Shown piece after piece: positions 51,258 through 64,000 of a stretch of 64,000 nt of DNA. How positions within the stretch are numbered: position 1 is the first letter of the stretch; the number at the start of each line of letters is the position of its first letter. Below the pieces are notes generated by a model that saw only the letters and a program-made list of their open reading frames with translations, searched no databases and had not been told where the DNA came from. A program made the translations under genes and the position numbers. This DNA is from Heptranchias perlo (Eukaryota). The stretch is from assembly GCF_035084215.1 (NCBI RefSeq), contig NC_090341.1, positions 15,624,001-15,688,000 of the forward strand, read 5' to 3'.

Positions 51258-53609
51258 TACATAGCAGCCAATTTGATTACAGCAAGGCTTCATAAATAGC
51301 CAAAGAACGAATGACTAGATAATCTGTTTCTGGTAATGTTGATTGAGGGAGGATTCTTTGTTGCTCAAGTATGCCATGGAAATAGGGTGGATAGTTTTGA
51401 TTAGGACTATTTATTCGCATAGTACGTAAACACTAACAAACTAGTTAGACCAAATGGTCTGTTTCCAGAGTGTAGCTTCTATATATTCATCTGAGCAGGA
51501 GGACAATGGTTTAAATGTCTCATCTGAAAGCTAGCACTCAGTTCCCTGGTGGAACTTGAATCTACCACCTTCTGCCTCAGAGGCAAGAATACTACCAACT
51601 GAGCTACACTGACAGGAGACAACTGAGTTTTTTTTGTTAAAGTAGTTCTGGGAATATTGCCCAGTATTTGATTTCTGGATGACAATTTGTAACCAATTTA
51701 GAGGAACTCCAGGAAAGTACAGCCCTTGTAAAAGATCAAGTGAGATATAGAAAGGTAAATTAAAAGCAAAAAAGTGAGTATATAATAGCCAAGTAGAAGA
51801 AACTGAACAAGTTATAAAACTGGGAAATGTAAGTGTGAAAGAAATTACACAATAATACTTCCAAATGCAACCAAAACTAAACTAGAAAAAGATGGCATTA
51901 ACAAAGCAATGAACCATGTAAATTTTTGAACAAGATTCTTTGCCACTGAAACAAACATGTCACTTTTTTTTCCCCAAATTTAAGACAAAAATTCAACAGA
52001 TTTGGTTTTAAGTTTTATTTTGCCCTTCTAGTTTTTTTGACACAAAGGGTCTTTAATTTCTCAGTTACGTTGCTTTTTATTGCAATAGCTCCCTATGACT
52101 TGCCTGGTTTGAAATGTAATTTTCCATTTACATTAGTTATGAATTACTATAAAACCCTGTGACTTGCCTCTAATTAAAACAGATGTGAAATTATATTAAG
52201 ATGTTTCCACCATAACACAAACTATTCTCATCATTCAATACACAGTTCATGCATTATGTAGATAAAGTTTAAATTCAGCTATTTAAGTTAAGCAAATTGC
52301 AATTTTCTTCAGTACAAATTAAAATATCTAAGCATTCAATAGAAATGTATAATTTCTCACTGAATTGTACAGAAGACAAAGGAAAACATTGTTCCTTTCA
52401 GTTGGGCAGGTGCAGAATGAGAGTCTCCCAATTACTGTAATTTTTTTTTTAAAAAGGTAAATAATCTGGACAACATGCTGCTGCTGCCTCAAGTCCTAAT
52501 GCTCCAGACAGTGCAGGTTCTGATCACATCTGTGCCATAAGAGTTGTCCAGGCCAATCTAAGTGGGAGACACCTACCCAATGGCAAAACTGACAGCTTGA
52601 AAGGTTATTGCAGAATCGATTTACTACAAACGACATTAAAAATTTAACAGCAGCCAAGACTTGACAGGTCAGCTGTTCAGCCCTCTCATATCACAGGAGG
52701 ACAAAGCATTGCATTTGGCTGTAGTCCATTAACAAGCCAAAAATATGGGTAATACACTAACACATCTTTATAAAATCAAGGAATTCTGAACTAGCAGAAA
52801 TGTCAACAATTTTTGCCAAATATTTTGGTGGTAAGGGTAAAATGTCAGATGTTCACAACTCTGCATCCTATTCTGAAATAATGAATCCTCCCTTCTCTTA
52901 AGAGGGTACTAGTGTAGGAATTTTATTTTCTCCCATCCCTCCTGGAGCCTCTGAGCAGTAGCTGCCCACTGGTATCTCACCCAAATTCACATTGGCTTTG
53001 ACAGTGATTGCTGGTAGGCTAACTGGACAGCATCACACCCAAGCCTGATAGTGTTCTCACCCAGCATCAACATGCACGTCTGTGGCCAATTTTCCATTTC
53101 TTAACTGGGGTACTGTAGCCCTAGCCGAGATCAACTAGTATACTGGAAATTAAATCTGGGATGTTCTTGAATTTATGGTGCAAAGATGGACCCTTTGTCT
53201 ATGTGCCATCAGAGACCATTACTTTGAATGGTGTTCCAAGGATAAGAAAAGGCTGTAGGGTTACACTTCACTTTGCAGAAGTGGAATTCAAATTCAGTCC
53301 CCACCCCCACTGTTGAGTTTCAGCAGGAAGAGAAAAAAAAAGCCTGCACTAGGCTAGCTAAGAATAGCATCAGTAATGGACTGGAGGAGGGAGACGGGAA
53401 GGATAACAAACTAAAAACCAAAATACATACAATATTTAATGTGAAATTCTGTTTTCACTTGGCTTGGCATTGGGAACCTAGTTATGCTCTAAACCATTAC
53501 TGCATGAACTAACTTACTGAACACAATAATACATTCTGATCCAGCAACCTTTATTAAGTCAGGAAATAATAACCAGGATGTGTGACTGTATACAGAATAA
53601 TTTATGACA

Positions 53610-53726
53610 TTATTTATGCTTTTTTGGTTTCTTGACACACTCCGTTTGCTTTTTCTCCTCAGTCTCTAGCTCTGGCTGCCAATTCAGTGGGTGGTTACGG
53701 TACATAGGCCATGGAGGGAGGGTTAG
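53610..53726 (-). CDS. SPCS1: SPCS1 exon 4
   Basis: [38 protein letters not shown]; tttttcag acceptor. Confidence 0.93.
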   Translation of the reverse strand, partial: LTLPPWPMYRNHPLNWQPELETEEKKQTECVKKPKKHK

Positions 53727-56700
53727 CTGAAAAATTTAAAAGTTATTTTAGATTACTCAGTTATCTGAAAAACAAGCTATACTTTGGAATGAATTATCAA
53801 AATATTCAACCAGGACTGATAACAGTAACTTAAAATGGCAAGTACACAAAAGTTAAACTTCCATAAATATCATTTTAAATTGGTTCTAAATGGTCTGGCC
53901 AATGGCAGACAAAAAAAGTGGCTAGTACATAAGCTAAAACTTTACCAAGTGTCCCAACCTGGATGAATGTTTTAAAGAAAAAAAACATGGATTATTATAG
54001 TAGTCATTATACACATTTGCAAATCTTTAAAAATCAGATAGTATCTACTCACTCCACATGGTTAGAAGTTAAAGTAGAAAAAATGTTAAGTTAATTATTT
54101 CAGCTTCAGTTACATTTTTCTGAAATAATTTGCTGCATTTAAAAACAGGCAATCAGTAAACAAAACTACAATTGTATAGAATATATTCGCTGTAAGTTTA
54201 AGTAACTGAATTATTTTAATGAAATTAAGAATTCACTTCAATTTTTGCCAATATGCACACTATATAAAAAACACAACTTTCAATAAAGGAACTATGTTTT
54301 TAAAAAAAAATACCTAAGTTTTAATACCATCTAAGATTCTGGGTTTTTATTTAACCCCTCCCCAACAGGAAGGAAGCTAATATACTAGCAAGACAGATGA
54401 ATGGGGAAGTGAAGAGTCACAGAAGCTAGGAAGGCAGCAGGGAAATAAAAGCAATCAAAAGGGAAAGTAGAAACAGATTAGGGTTATGTACAAATAACAG
54501 GAATTTAGAAAAAATGTTTTAAAAAAATTCATTCATGGGATGTGGGCATCACCGGCATTTATTGCCCATCCCTAATTGCCCTCGAGGTGGTGGTGGGGAG
54601 CCGGCTTCTTGAACCGCAGTCCGTGTGGTGAAGGTTCTCCCACAGTGCTGTTAGGTAGGGAGTTCCAGGATTTTGACCCAGCGACGAAGGAACGGCGATA
54701 TATTTCCAAGTCAGGATGGTGTGAGACTTGAGGGGAACATGCAGGTGGTGTTGTTCCCATGTACCTGCTGCCCTTGTCCTTCTAGGTGGTAGAGGTGGTG
54801 GGTTTGGGAGGTGCTGTCGAAGAAGCCTTGGCAAGTTGCTGCAGTGCATCCTGTGGACGGTACACACTGCAGCCACTGTGTGCCAATGGTGGAGGGCATG
54901 AATGTTTAGGGTGTGGATGGGGTGCCAATCAAGTGGGCTGCTTTGTCCTGGATGGTGTCGAGCTTCTTGTGTTGTTGGAGCGGCACTCATCCAGGCAAGT
55001 GAAGAGTATTCCATCACACTCCACTTTTCCAGCTTCCACCCTAACCACGTCAAAGAGGCCATCCCCTATGGACAGGCCCTGCGAATACACAGGGTCTGCT
55101 CAGACGAGGGGGAACGCGATGGACACCTACAGACGCTGAAAGACGCCCTAGTAAGACCGGGATATGACGCTCGACTCATCGATCGACAGTTCCGACGGGC
55201 CACAGCGAAAAATCGCATAGACCTCCTCAGGAGACTAACATGGGACACAACCAACAGAGTACCCTTTGTCGTCCAGTACTTCCCCGGAGCAGAGAAACTA
55301 CGCCATGTTCTCCGCAGCCTTCAACATGTCATCAATGACGAACACCTCGCTATGGCCATTCCCACGCCTCCACTACTCGCTTTTAAACAGCCACCCAACC
55401 TCAAACAGACCATCGTTTGCAGCAAATTACCTAGCTTTCAGGAGAACAGCATCCACGACACCACACAACCCTGCCACGGTAACCTCTGCAAGACATGCCA
55501 GATCATCGACACAGATACCACCATCACACGAGAGGACACCACCCACCAGGTGCACGGTTCATACTCCTGTGACTCGGCCAACGTTGTCTACCTCATACGT
55601 TGCAGGAAAGGATGCCCCAGAGCATGGTACATTGGCGAGACCATGCAGATGCTGTGACAACGGATGAACGGACACCGCGCAACAATCGCCAGACAGGAGG
55701 GTTCCCTCCCAGTCGGGGAACACTTCAGTAGTCAAGGACATTCAGCCACCGACCTTCGGGTAAGCGTACTCCAAGACGGCCTTCGAGACACACGACAACG
55801 CAAAATCGTCGAGCAGAAATTGATAGCCAAGTTCCGCACCCACGAGGACGGCCTCAACCGGGACCTTGGGTTCATGTCACGCTACACGTTACCCCACCAG
55901 CGAACAAATGTTATCTATCTTTAATATAACAGGTCATTTGCTGTCTTTTCCATGTTTCTGCCTCTCTTTTTTTGGTGGTTTGTATATTCGGAGACCTTGT
56001 AGGTAACACCTGTCTGTCTGCACACTGATTGCCTTGGCAACAGGCAGTTGGAAAGAATGAATGTCTGTAATCACCAGGTATTGTTCTGTGATTTATAAAT
56101 GCGAGAGGTTCGAGGATTTCATTTCTACAGCATTCACCTGAGGAAGAAGGAAGCCTCCGAAAGCTTGTGAATTTCAAATAAAATTGCTGGACTATAAGTT
56201 GGTGTTGTAAAATTGTTTACAATTGAGTAACTCCTGCAGCTACATCCTGGGACTCATGTTTGGCCTCCAACAACCACTACTATCTTCCTTTGTGCTAGGT
56301 ATGACTCCAGCCATTGGAGAGTTTTCCCCCTTATTCCCATTGACTTCAATTTTACTAGGACTCCTTGGTGCCACACTTGGTCAAATGCTGCCTTAATGTC
56401 ACTCTCACCTCACCTCTGGAATTCAGCTCTTTTGTCCATGTTTTGACCAAGGCTGTAACGAGGTCTGGAGCAGTGGTCCTGGCGGAAACCAAACTGAGCA
56501 TCAGTGAGCAGGTTATTGGTGAGTAAGTGCCGCTTGATAGCACTGTCGACGATACCTTCCATCACTTTGCTGATGATTGAGAGTAGACTGATGGGGCGGT
56601 AATTGGCCGGATTGGATTTGTCCTGCTTTTTGTGGACAGGACATACCTGGGCAATTTTCCACATTGTCAGATAGATGCCAGTGTTGTAGCTGTACTGGAA

Positions 56701-59700
56701 CAGTTTGGCTCATGGCGCAGCTAGTTCTGGAGCACAAGTCTTCAGCACTACAGCCGGAATGTTGTCTGGGCCCATAGCCTTTGCTGTATCCAGTGCACTC
56801 AGCTGTTTCTTGATATCACGTGGAGTGAATCGAATTGGCTGAAGACTGGCTTCTGTGATGGTGGGGATATCGGGAGGAGGCCAAGGTGGATCATCTACTC
56901 GACACTTCTGGCTGAAGATGGTTGCAAACGCTTCAGCCTTGTCTTTTGCACTCACGTGCTGGACTCCGCCATCATTGAGGATGGGGATGTTTACAGAGCC
57001 TCCTCCTCCTGTTAGTTGTTTAACTGTCCACCACTATTCACAACTGGATGTGGCAGGACTGCAGAGCTTTGATCTGATCTGTTGGTTGTGGGATCGCTTA
57101 GCTGTCTACAGCATGTTGCTTCTGCTGTTTAGCATGCATGTAGTCCTGAGTTGTAACTTCACCAGGTTGGCACCTCATTTTTAGGTACACCTGGTGCTGC
57201 TCCTGGCATGCTCTTCTACACTCCTCATTGAACCAGGGTTGATCCCCTGGCTTGTTGGTCATGGTAGTGAGGAATATGCCAGGCCATGAAGTTACAGATT
57301 ATGCTGGAATACAAATCTGCTGATGGCCCATAGCACCTCACGGATGCCTAGTTTTGAGCTGCTAGATCTGTTCTAAATCTATCTCATTTAGCACGGTGGT
57401 AGTGCCACACATGTTGGATGGTGTCCTCAGTGCAAAGACAGGACTTTGTCCACAAGGACTGTGTGGTGGTCACTCCTACCAATACTGTCATGACAGATGC
57501 ATCTGCGACAGGTAGATTGGTGAGGACAAGGTCAAGTAGGTATTTCCCTCGTGTTGGTTCACTCACCACCTGCCGCAGGCCCAGTCGGGCAGCTATGTCC
57601 TTTAGGACTCTGCCAGCTCGGTCAGTTGTGGTGCTACCGAGCCACTCTTGGTGATGGACATTGAAATCCCCCACCCAGAGTACGTTCTGTACCCTTGCTA
57701 CCCTCAGTGCTTCCTCCAAGTGGTGCTCAACATGGAGGAGGACTGATTCTTCAGCTGAGGGAGGGTGGTAGGTGGCAATCAGCAAGAGGTTTCCTTGCCC
57801 ATGTTTGACCTGATGCCATGAGATTTCATGGGGTCCAGAGTCAATGTTGAGGACGCCCAGGACCACTCCCTCCTAACTGTATTTCACTGGTCCGCCACCT
57901 CTGGTGGGTCTGTCCTGCCAGTGGGACAAGACATACCCAGGGATGGTGATGGAAGAGTCTGGGACGTTGGCTGAAAGGTATGATTCTGTGAGTATGGCTA
58001 TGTCAGGCTGTTGCTTGACTAGTCTGTGGGACAGCTCTCCCAATTTTGGCACAAGTCCCCAGATGTTAGTGAGGAGGACTTTGCAGGGTCGATTGGGCTT
58101 GGTTTGCCTTTGTCGTGTCCGGTGCCTAGTGGTCCGATGCCAGGTGGTCCATCCGGTTTTATTCTTATGACTTTTCGTAGCGAGATTTTACAACTGAGTG
58201 GCTTGCTAAGTCATTTCAGAGAGCGATTAAGAATCAACCACAATTGCTGTGGGTCTGGAGTCACATATAGGCCAGACCGGGTAAGGACGGCAGGTTTCCT
58301 TCCCTAAAGGACGTTAGTGAACCAGATGTGTTTTTATGACAATCGGTAGTTTCATGGCCACCATTACTGATACTAGTTTTTTTTATTCCAGAATTTTATT
58401 TAATTCATTGAATTTATTAGTCCAGGCCTCTGGATTACTAGTCCAGTAACAACCACTATGCTACTGTACCCTTAAAAAAAACTTGAAGGAATAAAGGGAG
58501 TAGAGGAGGAAAATCAAAGCAACCAGTTGTAAGCAGGGGAAGAGATAAAGGAACAAGGTGTTAGCTTGGACAAAAAAAAACTGGGACAAGGAGTAGGGTT
58601 AAATACAATTTCTAAAAAAGAAATAAAGTGCATCTACTGCAATTCTCAGTCTGGGGAAATTAGAAGCAATTATGTCACAGGAAGATATAGACTTAACAGC
58701 ACTAACAGAAATTTGCTGCAAACTAGGCAGCAGTAGAAAATAAACATACTGGGTTATACTATTTTTAGGCAAAACAGAATAGGTAAGACGGTGTAGCAGC
58801 AATATTGGCGAAGGAGGGAATACATGATATGACAGCACTGATGTACACAAAAAAAGTGGTTCAGACAGAGTCAATGTGGTTAGAAATCAAAGATAAAAGG
58901 GGAGTGACATTTGTGGGGTTGTAATACAGATCCTCCAATTATAGGAGGGAAATGAAAGAGGAAAACTGTAGCAAAATCAGATGAATAGGAGTAACAATTA
59001 TTGTTCTGAGATTTTAATTAATTACCAACTCATTGGTACAGGGAGGGAGTAAATGAAGAAAAGGGAATGTGGACAGGCTTCTTCCAGAAGCGTTCATGTG
59101 CATAAGGGAAGAGGCATAGCTAGATCTAGTTATGAATAATTTGTGTCTGATTACACTCCTGTGAAGCCCATTAAAGGCACTATATAAATGCAAGTTGTTG
59201 TTGGAAAGTGGGGGGGAAATTGCACAGGCTCTAGAAATTATATTTCAGGATTCTATTGAGTGGATGCATACCAGAGGACTGGAATGTGGCCAACATAATA
59301 CCAATTTTTAAAAAGGGAGACAGAGTTAACCCGAATAACTACTGGCCTATTAATTTAACATTTGTAGGAGGGTCAATTTTGTAATCTGAAGATGAAATTA
59401 CTAAATATCTAGATTGAGAAAATAATTAGAGCAGTCAATGCAAATTTCAGAAAAGATCATGCTTGACAAACCTGATACAGTTCCTTTAAGGAGGTGACAA
59501 ATATGATGGATGGGGTAAATATGATGGTGTGGTGTACATGGACTTTTAGAAGGCCTTTGACAAGGTACTACACAGAAGGCTACTGGAGAACATGTATGGA
59601 ATTAGGGGAAGGGTGGCAAACTGGATTAAAAATTGATTGGAATGAAGGAAACAAGGTAGGAGCTAAAGGCCGTTTCTCAGAGTGGTTGGAAGTGGTCAGC

Positions 59701-62700
59701 AGTGTCCTGCAGGGTTCTAGTCTGGGACTGCTTGTCTTCACTGTGTACATCAATGATTTGGATATAGGGCTAGAGGGAGTGGTGTCCATATTTACAGATA
59801 ACAGTAAAATAGGAGGCATACTAAATAATTGAGGATAAAAAGGAAGCTGCAATGAGATATTGATAAGATGGTGGAATTCAATGTCAGTGTGAGGTGGTAC
59901 ATTTTGGTAAAAGAAATAAAAGTAGTCATTGAACTTTGGGGCAAGACTAGGTGATGTGGAAGAGCAGAGGGATTTGGTTCACAATACCTTAAAAACAGCC
60001 CTGCAAGTGGATACAGGCATTGAATAAGCTGAAGGGATATTATATTTTGTGGCAAAAGGTACAGAGTATAAAAGTCAAAATGTAATGGTGAATTTATATA
60101 AAACCTTAGGAAGATCCCAGTTGGAGTACAGTGTTTAGTTTTGGGCTCCACACTATAGAAAGGATGTTGAGGCAGTGGAGGGTACAGTGCATATTCACTA
60201 GGATGTTGCCTGGTATGAGGAAATACATACGTGAAAAAAAAATGGGAAAATTGGGGCTGTTTTTTAGAACAAATGAGATTATGGAGTGATCTGATAGAGG
60301 GGTTTAAAATTATGAAAAGGATAGGACAGAGTAGATAACAGACTGTTAGTGCTTGACCAGTTGTGAGGCTGTGAAATGCACTGAAGTTAATGATTGAAGT
60401 AGAGACCATGTCAACATTTAAGAATAGGTTAGACAGGTAAATGAAGGAGAGAGGAATAAAAGGATATAGGAACAAGAAGGGCAAATGGGTCTGCTTGTGT
60501 GGAGGATAAACACCAACCTGAACTGGTTGATCCAAATGGCCTATGTGTTGAGACTTCTACATAATGCTATGTAACTTTCTTCCTTGCTTTCCTGAAGCTG
60601 GGGTATGATTCAGTAACACACCACAATGAGTTAACTCCCTCCTGCCATCGCAGCTGAGCTCAGCTAACTCTGCGTTGAACAGGAATCAAATCTGGGACCA
60701 TCTGGTCTATATGGATGTACATGTTGCTTTTACTAATAGCCATCAGGCAGCTTTAAATGATTTCTAAAAGTTCTTGAATTTTTGTCTGGAAACAGAGTTG
60801 CCAGTTTGAACAAAATATTATTAACTTTGTGACTATAGACTAAACAGGATGTTATAAAGTTTTCTCTCATCATCTCACCAGTACACAAATCAAAAATATT
60901 TAGAAAATTATATAAAAAAGTTTAAAAAACTTAAACTAAACAGCAAGACCAGATACATTAAATTAACATTTTTGTTGGGTATATTGGACTGAAAGCCATC
61001 GATATTTGGATTTTTGCTTTCCCTGAAGCAAACTGAGTTGATCATTTGTGAATTAAACTTTAAAAAGTTGTCAATTTACAATAAGCATTGTAATTACATT
61101 AAATTGAAGATAGTTTCTATAACTTACCAAGCACGAAATGGCAAAACCAGCCAGAACAATATAAACAGTCCATCCAAATTGCTCAATCATGTAACCATAA
61201 ATGAAGCCAATAATCTATTAAAGAAAATAAATACTGTAATTTCAAATCAAAGATCACTATTGTCTTCACCAATTCAAAAGCACATACTTACAGCAGATGC
61301 AACAATTACTCGTTGAAAAGTCTGCTCTGCTAATTGTTGTCCCTTGTAGTCCTGCAAACAAAGAAGTGAGGAATTATATAGGTTGAGCAATTTAACAAGC
61401 TGCAATACACACTTTCATATAGATGTAATAGGAGAGATGCTAAAATTTTGGAATCAAGTCAGTAACCACATCTACTCTTGTATAAACTGCACAAAAGAAT
61501 TCAAATCAATTTCAATTATAACCTCCTCCCTAACCACATTCTATCCTTGACTGCCTATTAGACCCCTTCCTGGTTTGTTACAATATTGCTTCAAAGACTG
61601 ACATGGTCAATCTATGACAAATCTTTGGACTTGTACCTTGCGAGCTGGTTTTCAGCAAAAAGATTAATTTTTTTTTTTAAAAAGTTGCTCCAACACAAAG
61701 GGAAGGCAAAGGAAGAGAAGAACATAGCTTTTAATGATTTATACTAAAAAAAAAAGGGCCAGTATAATTGGGTAGATTAGGTAGGCAAAAATAGAACATT
61801 CAGAATAGGAGTAAAAGGTAAGCAGACATTTGCTGTTTTTATTTTGTGACCAGTTAGCTGCTCTCGACAGCCAGGGTGATACAATTGGCTTCAGCACCCC
61901 AGGCTGGGGAGGGGGGAAACGCACAGAGTTCCTGATTGCTGTGCAGTGACTCCTGGAGGGTAATGCATTCAGACAGGATTGGGTTTCAATGTGATGCCCT
62001 GAAAGCACAAACAGGCTGCCAACATTCAATTTACAGACAGAAACAGCCACTTGGTCAATGTACTGGAGAGCAGTTAGTGCTTGTGGAACTACACCCCAGC
62101 TAGAGTCAGCTCCTTCAGGAGTAGAGAGGATAAAATTATATTGTGTATTCTTGTAGTATAGGATTATTACAGTTATGAAGCTACAGCTGGCATGATTGCT
62201 ATAAATTTGATTCTGCACTGAGGGATCTGGAGGTGCAGATAGACAAAAATCACAGAGTAGCAACACAGGCCATTAAAAAAGCAAACCAAGCACTGGGGTT
62301 TATTTTTAGAGGGATCAAATTGAAAAGCAGAGAAGTTTGTTAAACTTGTATGGAATCTTGGTTAAATCACACTTGGAGTACTGCAAACAGTTCTGGTCTC
62401 CATATTATAAAAAGGATATAGAGGCACTGGAGAAGGTGCAAAAAAGATTTATTAAGATGATACCAGAATTTAGAGGTTATACCTATCAGGAAAGATTGAA
62501 CAGGCTGGGGCTGTTTTCTCTAGAAAAAAGACTGAGGGGTGACCTGATACAGCTCTTTAAGGTAATGAAAGGGTTTGATGTGGAAACATCTTTATATCTA
62601 CCCTTTGCAGGGGAGACCAGAACTAAGGGCCATAAATAAAAGATAAATAAATAGTCACTAATAAATCAAATAGGTAATTCAGGAGAAACTTCTTTACCCA

Positions 62701-63445
62701 GTAGTTAGAATGTGGAACCTGCTACCACAAGGAGTAGTACAGGAGACTAGCATAGATGCATTTAAAGGGAAGCAAGATAAACACGAGGGAGGAGAAGAAG
62801 AAGGAATAGAAAAATATGCTGATAGGGTTAGATGAAGTAAGGAGGGAGCAAACACAGTCATGGACCCGTTGGGCCAAATGGCCTGTTTCTGTGCTGTACG
62901 TTCTATGTAATTACAAACTAAAAAACTAACAAGACCAGTTGGCCCAGGGAGATTCATTCCCCTGGGGCTGTCAGGAGTCTAACAGTTAAAGTTTATATAG
63001 CAGGATCAGAAAGGGAATACTAATATTAGCTGTCTATATATATATATATGTACTGTATGTGTATGACATTTGAGTATTGCTGAGGGAGCAAGATAAAGCC
63101 AAGCAGCGAACACTAATCTTCTAAAAACAAATGCCACAATACATTGTATATTTTCTATCTGACCAACTGAAAAATTACAGTAGGGGAAGCTAGATAATTT
63201 ATCATAAGGTTTAAACCTTCATTGCCGTCTACCACCGGCGGAACCAGCTCTTAAATCGCCATGGTGCTTGGAACGAGCTGCACATCTGAGCTCCCATCAA
63301 AAATGTCTTCTCTTCCGAGATGGAACTAGAGCAGAAGTTTAGCATCCAAGGCCCATCTGCTGGGCGAGGAGCCGCACCCCGGGCCTAAAGTGCGTTTACT
63401 CCTCCTTACCATATGGGTAGGAAACGACTTCAGGTAGGAAAGCAT
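53610..63445 (-). CDS. SPCS1: Signal peptidase complex subunit 1, whole gene (4 exons, 99 aa)
   Basis: [80 protein letters not shown]...KKHK*, closely matching vertebrate SPC12/SPCS1. Confidence 0.95.
54528..58470 (-). mobile_element. Long, decayed CR1/L2-group LINE (family of 34543-36237), interrupted by a Penelope element
   Basis: Endonuclease ORF 57384-57866, RT pieces at 56225-56955 and 3' part at 54528-55022. The 5' boundary is approximate. Confidence 0.88.
55019..56224 (+). mobile_element. 5'-truncated Penelope (Neptune-type) element nested in a LINE, with hammerhead motif at 56132-56172
   Basis: Nearly identical to 39394-40300. Has an in-frame stop at 55655-55657 (CGA>TGA) in the GIY-YIG domain. 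Confidence 0.93.
58600..60575 (+). mobile_element. Old degenerate CR1 LINE
   Basis: Decayed motifs [50 protein letters not shown], plus a CR1-like 3' UTR. Confidence 0.8.
61128..61214 (-). CDS. SPCS1: SPCS1 exon 3
   Basis: [29 protein letters not shown], followed by gtaagt; 87 nt. Confidence 0.95.
61292..61351 (-). CDS. SPCS1: SPCS1 exon 2
   Basis: [20 protein letters not shown], followed by gtaagt; 60 nt. Confidence 0.93.
62215..62910 (+). mobile_element. CR1 LINE 3' fragment
   Basis: [27 protein letters not shown]...RLGLFSLEK; closely similar to 14569-15089. Confidence 0.88.
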
Positions 63446-63850
63446 CTTAACCGCTGCTGCTCGCTGCACCCCTTTCCCAGCTTCGTTCCTCTTTCACTTC
63501 GTTATTCGCTTCTCACTCACAACTTGGGATTCCAGGAGCTTCGCCTCTGCCGCCTTAAGGATACGTAATCACTTACCGCAAGCCCCCTCTCCCTAGCAAC
63601 CAACCAGCCTGCCTGAAAAATGCCGGCACAGAATCGCATTGAGAGGGAGAGGGGATGAAAATATAATAATCAGCAATTCCTCGCCTATCATAAATCTGGA
63701 GTGATACTTCGCCGTAATTGGTGTGTTTTTTAGAAGCTATGAACGATTCAGGCAGTGGGCTGGACGTCTAGAATAGGAAAGGACAGCCTGCTCTGTTGTG
63801 TTGAGTTGGCAGTTGTTAACTTAAACTTCGCGGTTATGGGAGTTATATAG
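63220..63850. promoter_or_regulatory. CpG-rich SPCS1 promoter, probably bidirectional
   Basis: Elevated CpG around exon 1 and an RFX-like CCCTAGCAAC at 63591-63600. In human the head-to-head partner is GLT8D1, but no coding exon of it is visible in this window. Confidence 0.55.
63410..63445 (-). CDS. SPCS1: SPCS1 exon 1 (coding part)
   Basis: [12 protein letters not shown], followed by gtaagg; 36 nt; lies in a CpG-rich region. Confidence 0.88.
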
Positions 63851-64000
63851 GTAAAGGTTCTCAGCACTTCCTCTTGTTTAAAGTGTTTGCTATTAGTATT
63901 AGACTTTATTGCCGCTGAGTTTGATTTCTGTCTAATCTCGTTCTTTTGCAGCCACTAATTTTCACCTAGTGGACATTTTCCCACTTTAAATTAAGTGTAA

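Noticed and set aside
54902-55657. 251-aa ORF that looks like a novel fusion protein
   Set aside because: Chance read-through from antisense LINE sequence into a truncated Penelope ORF that has a stop in the GIY-YIG domain.
59792-60535. 247-aa minus-strand ORF
   Set aside because: Antisense to a decayed CR1 LINE, with no recognisable domain.

Overview
This is vertebrate genomic DNA, probably from a shark or other cartilaginous fish (inferred from the Deu-type SINE, CR1 and Penelope repeat content). It covers part of the conserved ITIH-NEK4-SPCS1-(GLT8D1) block. It contains the last three coding exons of an ITIH3-like gene (+, stop at 4118), a complete 16-exon NEK4 kinase gene (+, 11509-44604, 2427 nt, 808 aa, all GT-AG introns with consistent phases) and a complete 4-exon SPCS1 gene (-, 63445-53610, 99 aa). 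Introns and intergenic DNA are rich in CR1-group LINEs, Neptune-type Penelope elements, SINEs, MITE-like elements and a solo LTR. The most notable observations are: (1) a ~50-bp-period minisatellite at the NEK4 promoter in which each unit resembles a CTCF site with its upstream module; (2) a ~1-kb near-perfect palindrome made of two Penelope 3' ends inside one target-site duplication; (3) six Penelope-borne minimal hammerhead ribozyme motifs with covarying helices, two of which flank NEK4 exon 13 in sense orientation; (4) a 57-nt exon that starts with a perfect splice donor, a possible recursive splice site. All identifications come from reading the sequence and recalled family knowledge. No database searches were run.
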